DNA of 61,717 nucleotides from Clostridiaceae bacterium (GTDB lineage Bacteria; Bacillota; Clostridia; Christensenellales; CAG-138): NCBI GenBank assembly GCA_039683415.1, contig JBDKRL010000010.1, positions 1 to 61,717 of the forward strand, read 5' to 3'. Shown piece by piece: positions 20,337 to 30,435 of this stretch (position 1 is its first letter; each line of letters starts with the position of its first letter). The notes under the pieces were generated by a model. It saw only the letters and a program-made list of their open reading frames with translations, ran no database searches and was not told where the DNA came from. The position numbers and the translations under genes were made by a program.

Positions 20337-20990
20337 GTGCTCGCTGCTGCGTTTTTTGCATATACGCAGGACTACTATCATGCGGATGAAACAGCCAACG
20401 CGCTGCTTAAGACAGACTCTGCCATCAAAACGGATCAGAATCTTACGATTCTCACACCGGACGCGGCAAATGATACAGGCGTGGGTCTGATCTTCTACCC
20501 GGGCGGCAAGGTTCAGGAGACAGCGTATCTGCCGTTGCTGGAGCAACTGCGGCAAAACGGGCTGACCTGCGTGCTGGTCAAGATGCCGTTTCGACTTGCG
20601 GTGTTCGATATTGACGCGGCAAACGATGTGTACGCGCAGTTCCCCGCCATCTCGCGCTGGTACCTGGCCGGACATTCTCTCGGCGGAGCGATGGCGAGCA
20701 GCTATGTCGGAACCAACGCTGACCGCCTGGCGGGCTTGATCCTCTTGGGCGCGTATCCTATTAACGACGCAGCCCTGCCCACACTCGCCATCTATGGCAG
20801 CGAGGATCTCAACCTCGATCGAACGAAACTGGAAACCGTTGCCGATCAGCTCGAAATAGCAGGCGGAAACCATGCCTACTTTGGCAACTATGGCGAGCAG
20901 GAAGGCGACGGAACGGCGAGTATCTCACGAGAGGATCAGCAAGCGCAGGCTGTTGCCGCCATCCTCGAATTTATTCAAAAATCAGCGTAA
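20337..20990 (+). CDS. Alpha/beta hydrolase (GHSLGG nucleophile elbow); 5' end disrupted by an in-frame TAA
   Basis: ORF from GTG 20337 contains YLAGHSLGGAMASSY. An ATG with a strong GAGAGGAG RBS at 20262 is in the same frame but is followed by a TAA at codon 11 (20292-20294), just before an encoded TM/signal-anchor segment (KGRIVLISLAALILVLAAAFFAY). Confidence 0.6.
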   Translation: MLAAAFFAYTQDYYHADETANALLKTDSAIKTDQNLTILTPDAANDTGVGLIFYPGGKVQETAYLPLLEQLRQNGLTCVLVKMPFRLAVFDIDAANDVYAQFPAISRWYLAGHSLGGAMASSYVGTNADRLAGLILLGAYPINDAALPTLAIYGSEDLNLDRTKLETVADQLEIAGGNHAYFGNYGEQEGDGTASISREDQQAQAVAAILEFIQKSA

Positions 20991-21122
20991 TTGCGCAAGC
21001 ATGAAATGCGTAATCTAAATATAGCGTCGCTTTTCAGAAGCCAAGATATCCAGTGATTGAGGATGGAAAGGCGGCTGAACTGTGCAGAAGGAATTGCGCA
21101 CGCTAATTCGAAAGGAGAACAA

Positions 21123-21596
21123 ATGGAGTTGGACAGAGACAAAGAGAACGGCAGTGAAGACAGACTGCAGCTCAATGAAGAAACGATTCGGTTGTTGTGG
21201 TCGAGAACGTATAACACCAACGGCAAACCGGATTGGTCGCATATTTACACGTATTATCATGAAGATATCGTGTTTCAGGATACCATCCAGCGCATTGAAG
21301 GCAAAGAAGAGTTTGTGCTGCTTTGCAAACGCCTGACGGATCGATGCAAAGAATTGAAAATGGACCTCGGCACGATATTTGTCAAAAACAACGAGATCAT
21401 GTTCGACTGGACTATGACCATGATGTTTACAAAATTTCCGAGTACGCCAATCTACGGCAGCACCAAACTGACCCTGCATCCCGACGGCAGAATCATCAGC
21501 CAGCGCGATTACTATGACCTATGGGGTGATATTTTTAACGGGATTCCTTGGTTTAAAAGGCCATACCGACGGTTCTTGCGCAAGAAGTTCGGTTAA
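21123..21596 (+). CDS. NTF2-like/SnoaL-like domain protein
   Basis: ~157 aa. AAAGGAGAA RBS before ATG 21123. Cone-shaped alpha+beta pattern typical of nuclear-transport-factor-2-like proteins (LWSRTYNTNG...YHEDIVFQD...). Confidence 0.5.
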   Translation: MELDRDKENGSEDRLQLNEETIRLLWSRTYNTNGKPDWSHIYTYYHEDIVFQDTIQRIEGKEEFVLLCKRLTDRCKELKMDLGTIFVKNNEIMFDWTMTMMFTKFPSTPIYGSTKLTLHPDGRIISQRDYYDLWGDIFNGIPWFKRPYRRFLRKKFG

Positions 21597-21662
21597 TGGG
21601 GCGTCAAGGCGGCCAAATCTAGCTGAAGTCGAGAAATCCGCCAGCCAAAGGTGGTTTGCAAG

Positions 21663-22625
21663 TCACAGTTGAATCCCTGCTGCGTTAAGAAAATCAAGTG
21701 TTCTGGCTAAAAGGGCTTGCGCAGCCTCCATGTCCTGAGCGGGAGGCGCAAGCTCTTCTTCTGTCGTCAGATGAAAAAAGATGTCGGTGGTTTGCGACAA
21801 TTCCGGAGAAGTACCAAGAAAGTAGAGCGCTTCGGCGGAGACGTCAGCAGATGCCGAAAGTTTATCAATGACGGTCTTTTTATACCATTGATAGAATTTT
21901 CCGTTGTTCTTGCCGGTCTCTGTACGAACCATCCCCGGATGCATCGCGTTGATTGTCACCCGAAAAGGCGCTAACTCGGCGGAAAGGAGGTGCATAAACA
22001 GCAGCTGCGCCAGTTTTCCAGCTCCGTAAGCCTTGATACCTGAATACCGCCGACTTTTCCATTGCAGATCGTCAAGATTCAATCCCCAGGCCGCGAAGCG
22101 ATAGGCTTCGGAGCAAACAAGAAGAATTCTCCCGCTTTTATCTCGCTGAAACTTTGGAAGTAACAGTTTGTTGATGATGAACGGACAAAGATAATGGACC
22201 GCGAAGTTTTCCTCGAGGCCAAGTGAATTTTCTCTTCTCGTTTCTAAATGTATGCCGGCATTGTGAATCAGCACGTCGATCGGCTTTTCTATGGTAAGCA
22301 GATGCTGACCCGCTCGATAGATATCCGATAAGTATGCCAGATCGGCAATAAAATATTCGATCGGAGTGCCGAATTCTTCGGCAATTTCTTTGCGTACCGC
22401 TTCGGACTTCTCCGGATTTCTGTTGATCATCAAGATATGGGCGCCCATAGAAGCATACTTGCGGGCGGAATAGTATCCAATTCCGGATGTTGCGCCTGTT
22501 ATGACCACAAACCGATCCCGAAAAGGCTCCGCATTGATTTTGGGCGTACGGCGCATATTCCGGAGCATGGCATTCACATTCGACCATTTGTATTTGGACC
22601 AGTATTTCCTGACACCAGCGTTCAT
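21663..22625 (-). CDS. Short-chain dehydrogenase/reductase (SDR)
   Basis: VVITGATSGIGYYSA glycine-rich motif and catalytic YGAGK (YxxxK). Confidence 0.85.
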   Translation of the reverse strand: MNAGVRKYWSKYKWSNVNAMLRNMRRTPKINAEPFRDRFVVITGATSGIGYYSARKYASMGAHILMINRNPEKSEAVRKEIAEEFGTPIEYFIADLAYLSDIYRAGQHLLTIEKPIDVLIHNAGIHLETRRENSLGLEENFAVHYLCPFIINKLLLPKFQRDKSGRILLVCSEAYRFAAWGLNLDDLQWKSRRYSGIKAYGAGKLAQLLFMHLLSAELAPFRVTINAMHPGMVRTETGKNNGKFYQWYKKTVIDKLSASADVSAEALYFLGTSPELSQTTDIFFHLTTEEELAPPAQDMEAAQALLARTLDFLNAAGIQL

Positions 22626-22775
22626 AAAGTGATCCCCCCTGTATGCTCGTCAAAGAAGCAAGTAGTTTTTCTCGTGAATTGTTGCACTTGACTTGACAAT
22701 CTATACTCGAAAAAACGAATCGATCGACATCCACTATCTATTGTATTATCGCATAATCTATGGTTCAATGTCTTC

Positions 22776-23387
22776 ATGAAAAAAGATTTGATCACAAAAA
22801 GCATCCTGTCATTCTTCCTGCTCATCATGGCTGGAATGATAGGCGCTGCCGTTTTCTTTCAAGACGCATTCATTGCACTTATGAAACAACCGGCCTTGCT
22901 CGACCATGCCCGGTTTATTCATATTGCAGCAGTTACACTGTTTTTTTCTAACGCAGTGGTTGGAATGATTTGGGAACACCGCAGCCTTGCTTCTGGCAAT
23001 AAGGTAATCATTCTGCATACGTATAACACGGTAACGTTGCTGGACTCCCTGGTTTCAACTCCTCTGATCGTCCTTTCATTACTGGGCGGTCTTTCTCTTA
23101 GTTTCCAGCAAGGCGATCTCCTGCGGATCGGATGGCTATCCGTGAGCTTTCTTCTTTTTATATTCTCTGGTATCGTCTGGGTGATATCCGATATCCCAAC
23201 GCAGTACAAGGTGAAGCGATTCCTTTCCAATATCAGTGAAAAGGATCAGTCCCTTCCCCCGGAATTGATTCGCATTATGAAACTGCGTTGGTGGATCGGC
23301 ATAGTTGGTGTTTTACCCTTGGCTGTCGCCTTTCTTCTGATGGTATACAAACCGGACATAACGGCGGTGGCAGACTGGTTCAGATAA
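22776..23387 (+). CDS. Integral membrane protein (DUF2269-like, 4-5 TM)
   Basis: Hydrophobic segments throughout. No catalytic motifs recognised. Confidence 0.45.
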   Translation: MKKDLITKSILSFFLLIMAGMIGAAVFFQDAFIALMKQPALLDHARFIHIAAVTLFFSNAVVGMIWEHRSLASGNKVIILHTYNTVTLLDSLVSTPLIVLSLLGGLSLSFQQGDLLRIGWLSVSFLLFIFSGIVWVISDIPTQYKVKRFLSNISEKDQSLPPELIRIMKLRWWIGIVGVLPLAVAFLLMVYKPDITAVADWFR

Positions 23388-23674
23388 ATATTGCATGCGT
23401 GGGTATATCTGCAAGCCGCATCAACAACACAGGATACGGCATCATACAAGGATTTTTCTGGAGCAGGCCAGGCAAACGAGCGCTAGACTCCAATTCGTAT
23501 GTTTGCTGCGATGGGTAACGGCACAATGAAAATCAGCTGATTCTCGGCGCCCGATTCGTGCAGACATGTTTTTAATTTTGTCGATGCATTTCAATATTCA
23601 TATAAAAACACACTCAACTTAATCTGTCTTCGGCTTCTGTACACAGGCTGATTCCTTGTTGAAAGCCGGTATGT

Positions 23675-24523
23675 TTATCGGAGGTTGCGAAGTTCTTTTT
23701 TCAGCGTGCTCTTTGCTCTGTAAGACGCTCTGCTGACTTCGGCGGCTACGTCCTCCAGAAGAGACTGGGAAAAGTCTTTTGCATAGGCGCGTCCCTTGCA
23801 TAGCAAAGCATGGATTAAGGCGCTGTCCAGATGAAATGTCAATGAAATTTCAGCAACTACGCGCTCCAGCGCATCCTTGAGACTGCAGGCAATCAGCTCA
23901 GCGGCGATTTGAGAGGGCTTTTCTCTTAAAACGACAGAGGAGAGGAAACAATACGCATCCATTGCGGACAGACCGGAGGCGGCAAGACCGCTCAGCACCT
24001 CGTCACATTCCTTGCGGCAGGCGAAGTCCTCAGCAATGTCGGTTTTATCGTGAATATATCCCCATGCGGTGTCGTCGAGAAAAGTGATAAACATCTGCGC
24101 GTCTTCCACGCAGGTGTCGTCGTCTGCTTGCTGCGGCCGCTGGGCGGAAGACGCACAGGCGCAGGGCAGCTTCGGGTATACACGCCGATGCGCACGCGCC
24201 ATGTCGATGAGCTTGTTGCCGATTATGGCGTTTACAAAGCGGAGCTGCTCGTCGGAAGGGAGGACAAGTATGCTGCCCAGCCGATCAAGACAGTGCATGG
24301 CGCAGGTGTCCAAGGCATCCAACGTTTCAATATCTGCGCTCCTGAGCACGGCGCGGTTGCGCTGCGTGCGGAGCGCCCCAAATTCACAGTAATTGCAAAA
24401 GGCTGTGGCGACCGTATCATATAAAGCTGCGTTTTCCCGCAGCGCCGCTGCGGTCATGCCGTGCGCCGCAAGGAAGGAAAGGGTCTGCTTCAGGCATGCC
24501 TCGTGTTGTTCAAACTGCGTCAT
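23675..24523 (-). CDS. Hypothetical protein, Cys-rich, possible C-terminal sigma-70 region-4-like HTH
   Basis: GGGGAGGA RBS before ATG 24523. C-terminal ...DFSQSLLEDVAAEVSRASYRAKSTLKKELRNL resembles sigma-70 region 4. Transcribed divergently from the island's first operon. Confidence 0.45.
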   Translation of the reverse strand: MTQFEQHEACLKQTLSFLAAHGMTAAALRENAALYDTVATAFCNYCEFGALRTQRNRAVLRSADIETLDALDTCAMHCLDRLGSILVLPSDEQLRFVNAIIGNKLIDMARAHRRVYPKLPCACASSAQRPQQADDDTCVEDAQMFITFLDDTAWGYIHDKTDIAEDFACRKECDEVLSGLAASGLSAMDAYCFLSSVVLREKPSQIAAELIACSLKDALERVVAEISLTFHLDSALIHALLCKGRAYAKDFSQSLLEDVAAEVSRASYRAKSTLKKELRNLR

Positions 24524-24799
24524 GGTATTGTCCTCCCCAATTGCTTGAAAGAGCGCCGTTCATCGGTTTCTTTCTAAGCAATATGCTAAAGGACGGGTGT
24601 CAGGGGTTTACACGGGCAAGCGTCGGGTTTTTGTCAGGTAATTGTGATTGTCAGCAAATTGTCAGAGAATTGTTATTCCATATCGAAAGTGAATAAAACC
24701 ATTCGAAGAATCTGAAAAACGCGCTCAAATATTCTACACAGCGTCGTCGATTTTTGTGTATAATAAAAAACAGAAACGTTGCGGGAGGGGGAAGACGGC

Positions 24800-25678
24800 A
24801 TGCGAAAAATTGTGCGTTTTTCCACCACCTGCTATTTTGATTTCACGGGTTATTACCTGTATCGAGAAGGCAAAGAAGCCGTCCGGGTTCACGGCTACCG
24901 ATACAAACTGCTGGAGAGATTTACAGAGAATCCGCGCGTCGCTTTTTCCCGCGACGAGCTCGAAAGGTGTAATCCCAAATACGATCCCGCGGTTATCACG
25001 GGGGGAAGAAGCGTTGACACGCAGATTTCGATTCTGCGAAGCTATGATGGGGCGATTTACAATCAGATAGTCCCCGTTCGAGGCACAGGGTATCAATACA
25101 TAGGGGCTCGCCCAATCAACAGTGCGGACGAGGAAACGCCGAAAGAATACGTTAAAGAAGGCGAAGCGCAAAAAACGATCATTGGAAACAACGCGGGCAA
25201 GCGGGACGAACTGACGATGCCCGAAAGCGTTGACGATAAACAGAGGCTGTGTGATTCCAAACGCGCCCGCTTGCTTTGGCTGCTCGGCAACGCCGCGCAG
25301 GCCAGAACGGGCGAACAGATACAAAAGGCTATTATGGGGCTTCAAGCGTTCCGGGCTGGTTTATCGGAAGACAGACTGGATGTTTTACGCGTCATTGTGA
25401 ATGTTACCGAAGAAATTTACGATGGTTTGCAGCAGGGGAGCCTTGAAGTGGCAGCGAGCATAGCCAGCTATATTTCCGAGTTTTATCTTAGACTGCTTCT
25501 GATGAAAATCGACGCAGAAATCACGCAAACGCGATGCGATCTTGAACGGGCAAGAATTGCAGACGACGCAAAACTGGTCAATCAATTGCAGTTAAGGCTT
25601 GCCCATTGGGAGAGCCTGCAGAGCGAGTTCGAACCGAGCTTGAATCGCTCAATTTCAAACGACGGCATGACAATTTAG
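24800..25678 (+). CDS. Stand-alone winged-helix OmpR/PhoB/CadC-type DNA-binding protein with long coiled-coil C-terminus
   Basis: N-terminal YKLLERFTENPRVAFSRDELERCNPKYDP...VDTQISILRS resembles the Trans_reg_C wHTH. No receiver domain is present. Confidence 0.55.
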   Translation: MRKIVRFSTTCYFDFTGYYLYREGKEAVRVHGYRYKLLERFTENPRVAFSRDELERCNPKYDPAVITGGRSVDTQISILRSYDGAIYNQIVPVRGTGYQYIGARPINSADEETPKEYVKEGEAQKTIIGNNAGKRDELTMPESVDDKQRLCDSKRARLLWLLGNAAQARTGEQIQKAIMGLQAFRAGLSEDRLDVLRVIVNVTEEIYDGLQQGSLEVAASIASYISEFYLRLLLMKIDAEITQTRCDLERARIADDAKLVNQLQLRLAHWESLQSEFEPSLNRSISNDGMTI

Positions 25679-25701
25679 CGCAGGAAACGAGAGGATTATT
25701 C

Positions 25702-27354
25702 GTGACAACGACGAGCTTTGAAAGCCCAAGCACCATAAAAAGGCATTACGCTTCCTTCAGCGTGGATACCGCGCGGTTTACGCGCCTGAAGGGATGCAAG
25801 TTTTCCGGCGGCATACCGCTGATGTATGACGCGGAGGAGCGCAAGGTGATCATTGATCCCACCGATACGCATACCCTCGTCTATGGCTCAACCGGGTCGC
25901 TCAAAACGCGGGCAATCGTCATGCCGGCGATTAAGATTCTCAGCTATGCCGGGGAATCCATGATTATCAACGACAGCAAAGGCGAACTGCACGCCCGTCT
26001 TGCGGGTGAACTGAAGAGCCGCGGCTACAACATTGTCGTAATCAACTTTCGCAATCCTTCCGTGGGCAACGCATGGAACCCACTGCACATCCCATATCAA
26101 TTCTTCATCGAAGGCGATATCGACAAAGCCTCGGAATTCGCAAACGATATCGCCAATAACCTGATGATCAGCGACCGCGCAACCGACGATCCGTTCTGGG
26201 ATTACAGCGCTTCCGACCTGTTGTTCGGGCTGATCCTACTGCTGTTTCGTTACTGCAAGGACCACAATTTGCCTGTCAGCGCGGTCAACATCGGCAACAT
26301 CATTGAGCTTAGGCGTGCGCTGTTTGCAAATAAACAGCAGGCGAAGAACAGTTCGCTCTGGAAATACGCTTCGGAGGACGAGTTGGTCGCCGCCAGCCTG
26401 AGCGGTTCCATCTATGCACCCAACGACACCATGAACAGCATATTAAGCGTGTTCGACCAGAAGATGCGCACGTTTACGATTCAGCCGACGATTCAGGACA
26501 TGCTGGCGAACAATGACTTCGATATAGCGGACATCGGCAGGAGCAAGACCGCCGTGTTCATAATCACACCCGACGAAAAAACGAGCTTCCATAAGCTGGT
26601 CAGCCTGTTTATCAAACAGAGCTACGAGTACATCATCTACACCGCGACACTGCAAAAAGAAAACAAAGTTGAAAACCGGATTACTTATATATTGGACGAG
26701 TTTTCCTCCCTGCCGCCGATTACCGATATGCCTTCTATGATCTCGGCGGCGCGCTCGCGTGACATCCGGTTTCTGCTGGTCGTGCAGAGCCAGAGCAGTC
26801 TGAAACGGCGGTACGCCGAGGAAGCGGAAACGATCATCTCCAACTGCACAAACTGGATTTTCTTTACGAGCCGGGAAGTCGGCTTGCTCAAAGAGATTTC
26901 GGATCTGTGCGGAATGCAGAAGAATCATCTGCCGAATATATCGGTATTTGATTTACAGCATTTTTCAAAGGAAAAACGCGAGGCCCTCGTACTGTGCGGA
27001 AGACTGAAGCCGGCGCGAGTCGCCATGCTGGATATCGACCGATTTGGCGACCGGGCATACGCTGTCCTTGCCTTCGAGAAAGGCGCGCGGCTAGAGCGAC
27101 GAAGGCTGACGTTTGAACTCTCCGACGAACTCAAACAAAAATATGAAACCTATCTGCCTGGCGGTATACCGGGTACCGTTGGGCTAACGTCTGCACAGAC
27201 GAACGATTGGCTGGCGGCTGCGCCCAAGCGGGACGACGCCGATGGGGATCTGAACATCGACGAGCTCATCAAGAAGATTGACGAGAGGATCGAGGCATTT
27301 GAAAAAGAGCAAGCGGCCGAGCAGACGACGCAAGCCGCACCAGAAGACAAATAA
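25702..27354 (+). CDS. TraG/TraD/VirD4-family coupling-protein-like ATPase (soluble, no TM helices, degenerate Walker A)
   Basis: HTLVYGSTGSLKTRAIVMP (GSTGSLKT in place of GxxGxGKT), Walker B ILDEFSSLP, and a C-terminal TraG-D_C-like region (RDIRFLLVVQSQSSL). GTG 25702 with a GAGAGGA RBS. Confidence 0.65.
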   Translation: MTTTSFESPSTIKRHYASFSVDTARFTRLKGCKFSGGIPLMYDAEERKVIIDPTDTHTLVYGSTGSLKTRAIVMPAIKILSYAGESMIINDSKGELHARLAGELKSRGYNIVVINFRNPSVGNAWNPLHIPYQFFIEGDIDKASEFANDIANNLMISDRATDDPFWDYSASDLLFGLILLLFRYCKDHNLPVSAVNIGNIIELRRALFANKQQAKNSSLWKYASEDELVAASLSGSIYAPNDTMNSILSVFDQKMRTFTIQPTIQDMLANNDFDIADIGRSKTAVFIITPDEKTSFHKLVSLFIKQSYEYIIYTATLQKENKVENRITYILDEFSSLPPITDMPSMISAARSRDIRFLLVVQSQSSLKRRYAEEAETIISNCTNWIFFTSREVGLLKEISDLCGMQKNHLPNISVFDLQHFSKEKREALVLCGRLKPARVAMLDIDRFGDRAYAVLAFEKGARLERRRLTFELSDELKQKYETYLPGGIPGTVGLTSAQTNDWLAAAPKRDDADGDLNIDELIKKIDERIEAFEKEQAAEQTTQAAPEDK

Positions 27355-27398
27355 GCGGGGAAGCGAACAAACTCTGCCAAAAGAGGAGTGACTACGGC

Positions 27399-28442
27399 AT
27401 GACGAAAGTATGGGAAACTATCATTGAAATCCCTGCAGAAGAAGAACTCGCCGCAAAGACGGAAGCGACAGCCGGTACGGTGGCCTATTTGCTGCCCATC
27501 AGCAAGGCGGCGTCGATCGCGCGGGGGTATCTGCGCGAGATTTATGCAAGCGAAGAGGACGACGAGGAATCCCGCCAGAACCTGAATGAGCTTGTCGAGC
27601 GTATCCTGAATCAGACAACGCAATCCGGTGATGCGGACGATTTTCACAATTTTGCAGTGGCGCTTGCGCGAAAGGATGAATACGCCCTCGCGTGCAGCGT
27701 ATTGTCCTGCGGGTTACAGCTTTTCCCCAAAAACGTCGATCTGCTGGCGGATTTCCTGCAGTACGGCGTGAGCTGCGGAAAATCGGACGAGTGCTTTGAA
27801 TGCTATCTTACGATGTCGAGAATTCCCAGGCTGCGCTGGACATGGCGTGGGTTTGTTTTTATTGTGGACTATTTGCTCTACCTGACCGAACAGATGGAAA
27901 GCCTGGAGGAAATCGAGAAGAGAAAGCAGGAAATGCTGTCTGTAACGGCGGACTTCAAGAAATTCTATCCTGACAGCGAGGAAGCATTCCGCACGGAAGC
28001 GGAAGTCTTTTCCAAGCTGGGCTCAAAGGCAGAAGAGCGCGCGGTTTTATGCGAAGCGCTTGAAAAACTGGAAGTTTGCCCGAAATGCGCGCTTAGGTAT
28101 GCGGACATCCTCTTTGATCAAGGAAAATACGACGAAGCGCTCGAACAGATCCGGCGCGGCATCAGCGACGCAACGCAGACCCAGAGCAGCGTAAGTGAAG
28201 GATATATCTACTATCTTTCCGGATTGTGCTTGATCGCAAAAGCGCAGAAGAAGAGAGTCCCGTTGACGAAGAAGGAAATAAAGGAAGTCTATGCAGACTT
28301 CAACATCGCGGTCAAGGAGTTCGGTGACCGCTCAAGCTATCTGGATGTGATTCGCAGCAAGACGAACACGCTGATGAACATGACTGGCGTGGAAGTTACG
28401 GAGGAGTATGCTTCCCTCTATGAGTGCATAGCAGAGTATTAA
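27399..28442 (+). CDS. TPR-like helical repeat protein
   Basis: All-alpha protein with paired-helix repeats and no enzymatic motif. Confidence 0.45.
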   Translation: MTKVWETIIEIPAEEELAAKTEATAGTVAYLLPISKAASIARGYLREIYASEEDDEESRQNLNELVERILNQTTQSGDADDFHNFAVALARKDEYALACSVLSCGLQLFPKNVDLLADFLQYGVSCGKSDECFECYLTMSRIPRLRWTWRGFVFIVDYLLYLTEQMESLEEIEKRKQEMLSVTADFKKFYPDSEEAFRTEAEVFSKLGSKAEERAVLCEALEKLEVCPKCALRYADILFDQGKYDEALEQIRRGISDATQTQSSVSEGYIYYLSGLCLIAKAQKKRVPLTKKEIKEVYADFNIAVKEFGDRSSYLDVIRSKTNTLMNMTGVEVTEEYASLYECIAEY

Positions 28443-28457
28443 CAGCATTGAGAACGG

Positions 28458-29213
28458 ATGGATATGGAGAACGACGAGAACAGCGTACTTGAAGAACCGA
28501 CGTTTGAAAGCTGGCACAAAGATATTTGTGAGCAGTGTGAACACCTATTTGGCATACAGGATGAGGAGACGCGAGGCTATCTGCTTACCCGCGTCATAAA
28601 CCGCATTCTGGAACGCCTCAAGAGCTCCGAAAGCAGTGTGGAAAATGCGATGTGCCTTGGGCTCTTGCAAGGCATACTCGTAAAATCAGAGGAGACAACG
28701 CTCATCAATGCACTGATTCTTCAAACCGGCATATCCGTTTACGAGGAAGGGAATTTTTTACTTGCGGAACTGCTTTTCCGTTTTGGGACGATCAATGGGA
28801 ACCGGGGCGCCCAAAACAACCTTGCTTATATGATTCGTCGAAACGAAGCGGCAAATCCGACGAATCATTCGATAATAGAAGCATTTCGTCTGCTGCGTGA
28901 CGGGGTGCGGGATAAAGAGGCGTTCTCCCTTGTGAATATGGCGCTTGTTTTGTCACTGCGGCTGGGAACTGAGGATGACTGGCTCTTCGCCGACCGGTTG
29001 ATGTCGTTCGTTCCGTCCGAGCGCGCGCTGGGCGTTGCAAGCTGGTGGGAACAGGTCGAGAAATCGGGCGACCCGGAGGGGGACCTCGTCCATCTCTGGC
29101 TTCTGAGGCATAGGAAAATGGCGATCAGCGTTCTTGGCACGCAGGAATCGATCTTTAAACGCCTTTCGGTAAGCCTCCCTGCGCTGCCGGGCTGGATGCG
29201 CAGCCTTGCCTGA
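28458..29213 (+). CDS. Hypothetical protein
   Basis: 251-aa ORF 16 nt after the TPR gene. No recognisable motif. Confidence 0.4.
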   Translation: MDMENDENSVLEEPTFESWHKDICEQCEHLFGIQDEETRGYLLTRVINRILERLKSSESSVENAMCLGLLQGILVKSEETTLINALILQTGISVYEEGNFLLAELLFRFGTINGNRGAQNNLAYMIRRNEAANPTNHSIIEAFRLLRDGVRDKEAFSLVNMALVLSLRLGTEDDWLFADRLMSFVPSERALGVASWWEQVEKSGDPEGDLVHLWLLRHRKMAISVLGTQESIFKRLSVSLPALPGWMRSLA

Positions 29214-29253
29214 CGGAAATCATTCCGACAAATAAACAGCATACGAGAACACA

Positions 29254-29282
29254 AGAACCGCGTTAACAGCGCGGTTTTTTGC
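29254..29282 (+). terminator. Rho-independent terminator (GAACCGCG ttaaca GCGCGGTT + T6)
   Basis: Read directly from sequence. Closes the first island operon. Confidence 0.65.
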
Positions 29283-29642
29283 TGCTCTGTTTCATACGAA
29301 AGACAGTCCGTCTCTTTTATTTTTGGTATTCTTTGGAGATACCGGCCTGCCGCACGTTGAAAAAGCAAAGAGGATGGGTGGATTCCATGGCTGCTATCCG
29401 AAACATAATCTGAGATCTGGAGCTGCAGTCCGGCGATACACCGAATATCGTTGCTTGTCCGAAAGGAGATGCGTGAGCCGCCCGACGGCGGCACGAGTGG
29501 AATGGTCGAATAGAGGTATAAAAATGTTGGAGAAACCCGCCGGAACGCGCGTTCTATAAAGCAGAAGAAAGCCCTTAGCGGGCAAACAGGTCTTCGGCAA
29601 CAACCCCAACGCAACCAACAAATATGAAAAGGAGAGATTATA

Positions 29643-29960
29643 ATGGAAAATTTGGATGAAGCGCTGAGCGTGGCAGAACAGGAAGCACAGGGTTATGGTG
29701 ACGCCTTTGAGATCATCGTACAGCGCAAAACTACGGGCATGAAAGCCACTATGCAGGTCTACGCGATGAATACCTTGGAACAGGTTCTTACGGGAGCCGC
29801 CGACTTAATCAAAGTCAACGTTGAAAAGAAGATTCTTATTTTCGAAAATGCGAGCACACAGAAAAGCACGACCGACAGAACGCTGACCATCGCCGAAATG
29901 GGTCTTCAAAAGGGCGATACGCTGTGTATCTCGGAAGACGGCCCTGTAGCGGCTTGCTAG
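29643..29960 (+). CDS. Ubiquitin-like beta-grasp protein (Bil/Prok-Ub-like), 105 aa
   Basis: Predicted beta-beta-alpha-beta-beta pattern (FEIIVQRK / KATMQVYAM / TLEQVLTGAADLIKV / KKILIFEN / TLTIAEMGLQKGDTLCI) parallels ubiquitin. Ends ...SEDGPVAAC. It is the first gene of the operon containing the E1, E2 and JAB genes. Confidence 0.55.
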   Translation: MENLDEALSVAEQEAQGYGDAFEIIVQRKTTGMKATMQVYAMNTLEQVLTGAADLIKVNVEKKILIFENASTQKSTTDRTLTIAEMGLQKGDTLCISEDGPVAAC

Positions 29961-29999
29961 ACGAGACAGGGGACGATTCACGCAAAGGGAGGGGGGGAC

Positions 30000-30434
30000 A
30001 TGCATATGGTACTGCTTACGATCGGCATCGCGCTGCTCGCCGCGGCCATACTGATTTGGTCCGTCACGGGGCTGCTCTCGCGCCGAAAGCCCGCGGCGCA
30101 GCGCTCTTTGCCGCCTCCTCTCCCGCGGCAAGCCATACGGAACAATGCGGTGGGAGCGCTTCCTCCAGCCGGCGCGCGCCGCTCACCGCCGCCGCTCCCA
30201 CGGCAGGCAGCGGGTGGCGTACGTGCTCCAGCATACGGAAACGCAGGTTCACTCCCAAGGCAGTCGACCGTGGTTCCGCGCGTGGCCGGATTACGGAATA
30301 TTTATGACTTTCCGAAGTGCCCGTATCATCGCATTCGAAATAGTCCGGGTCAGCCTCAGGTGATCTTCTGGGACGGCCAAAAAAGGGTTTTCCGTTGCTG
30401 CAAAGGACATGAATTTTCGGGAGGGGAAGATTGA
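30000..30434 (+). CDS. Small membrane-anchored proline-rich protein with C-terminal CxxH...CCxxH zinc-binding-like module
   Basis: N-terminal TM (VLLTIGIALLAAAILIWSV), two copies of PPPLPRQA, and C-terminal FPKCPYH...FRCCKGHEF. Stop at 30432-34 is 1 nt before the E1 start. Confidence 0.5.
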   Translation: MHMVLLTIGIALLAAAILIWSVTGLLSRRKPAAQRSLPPPLPRQAIRNNAVGALPPAGARRSPPPLPRQAAGGVRAPAYGNAGSLPRQSTVVPRVAGLRNIYDFPKCPYHRIRNSPGQPQVIFWDGQKRVFRCCKGHEFSGGED

Positions 30435-30435
30435 T

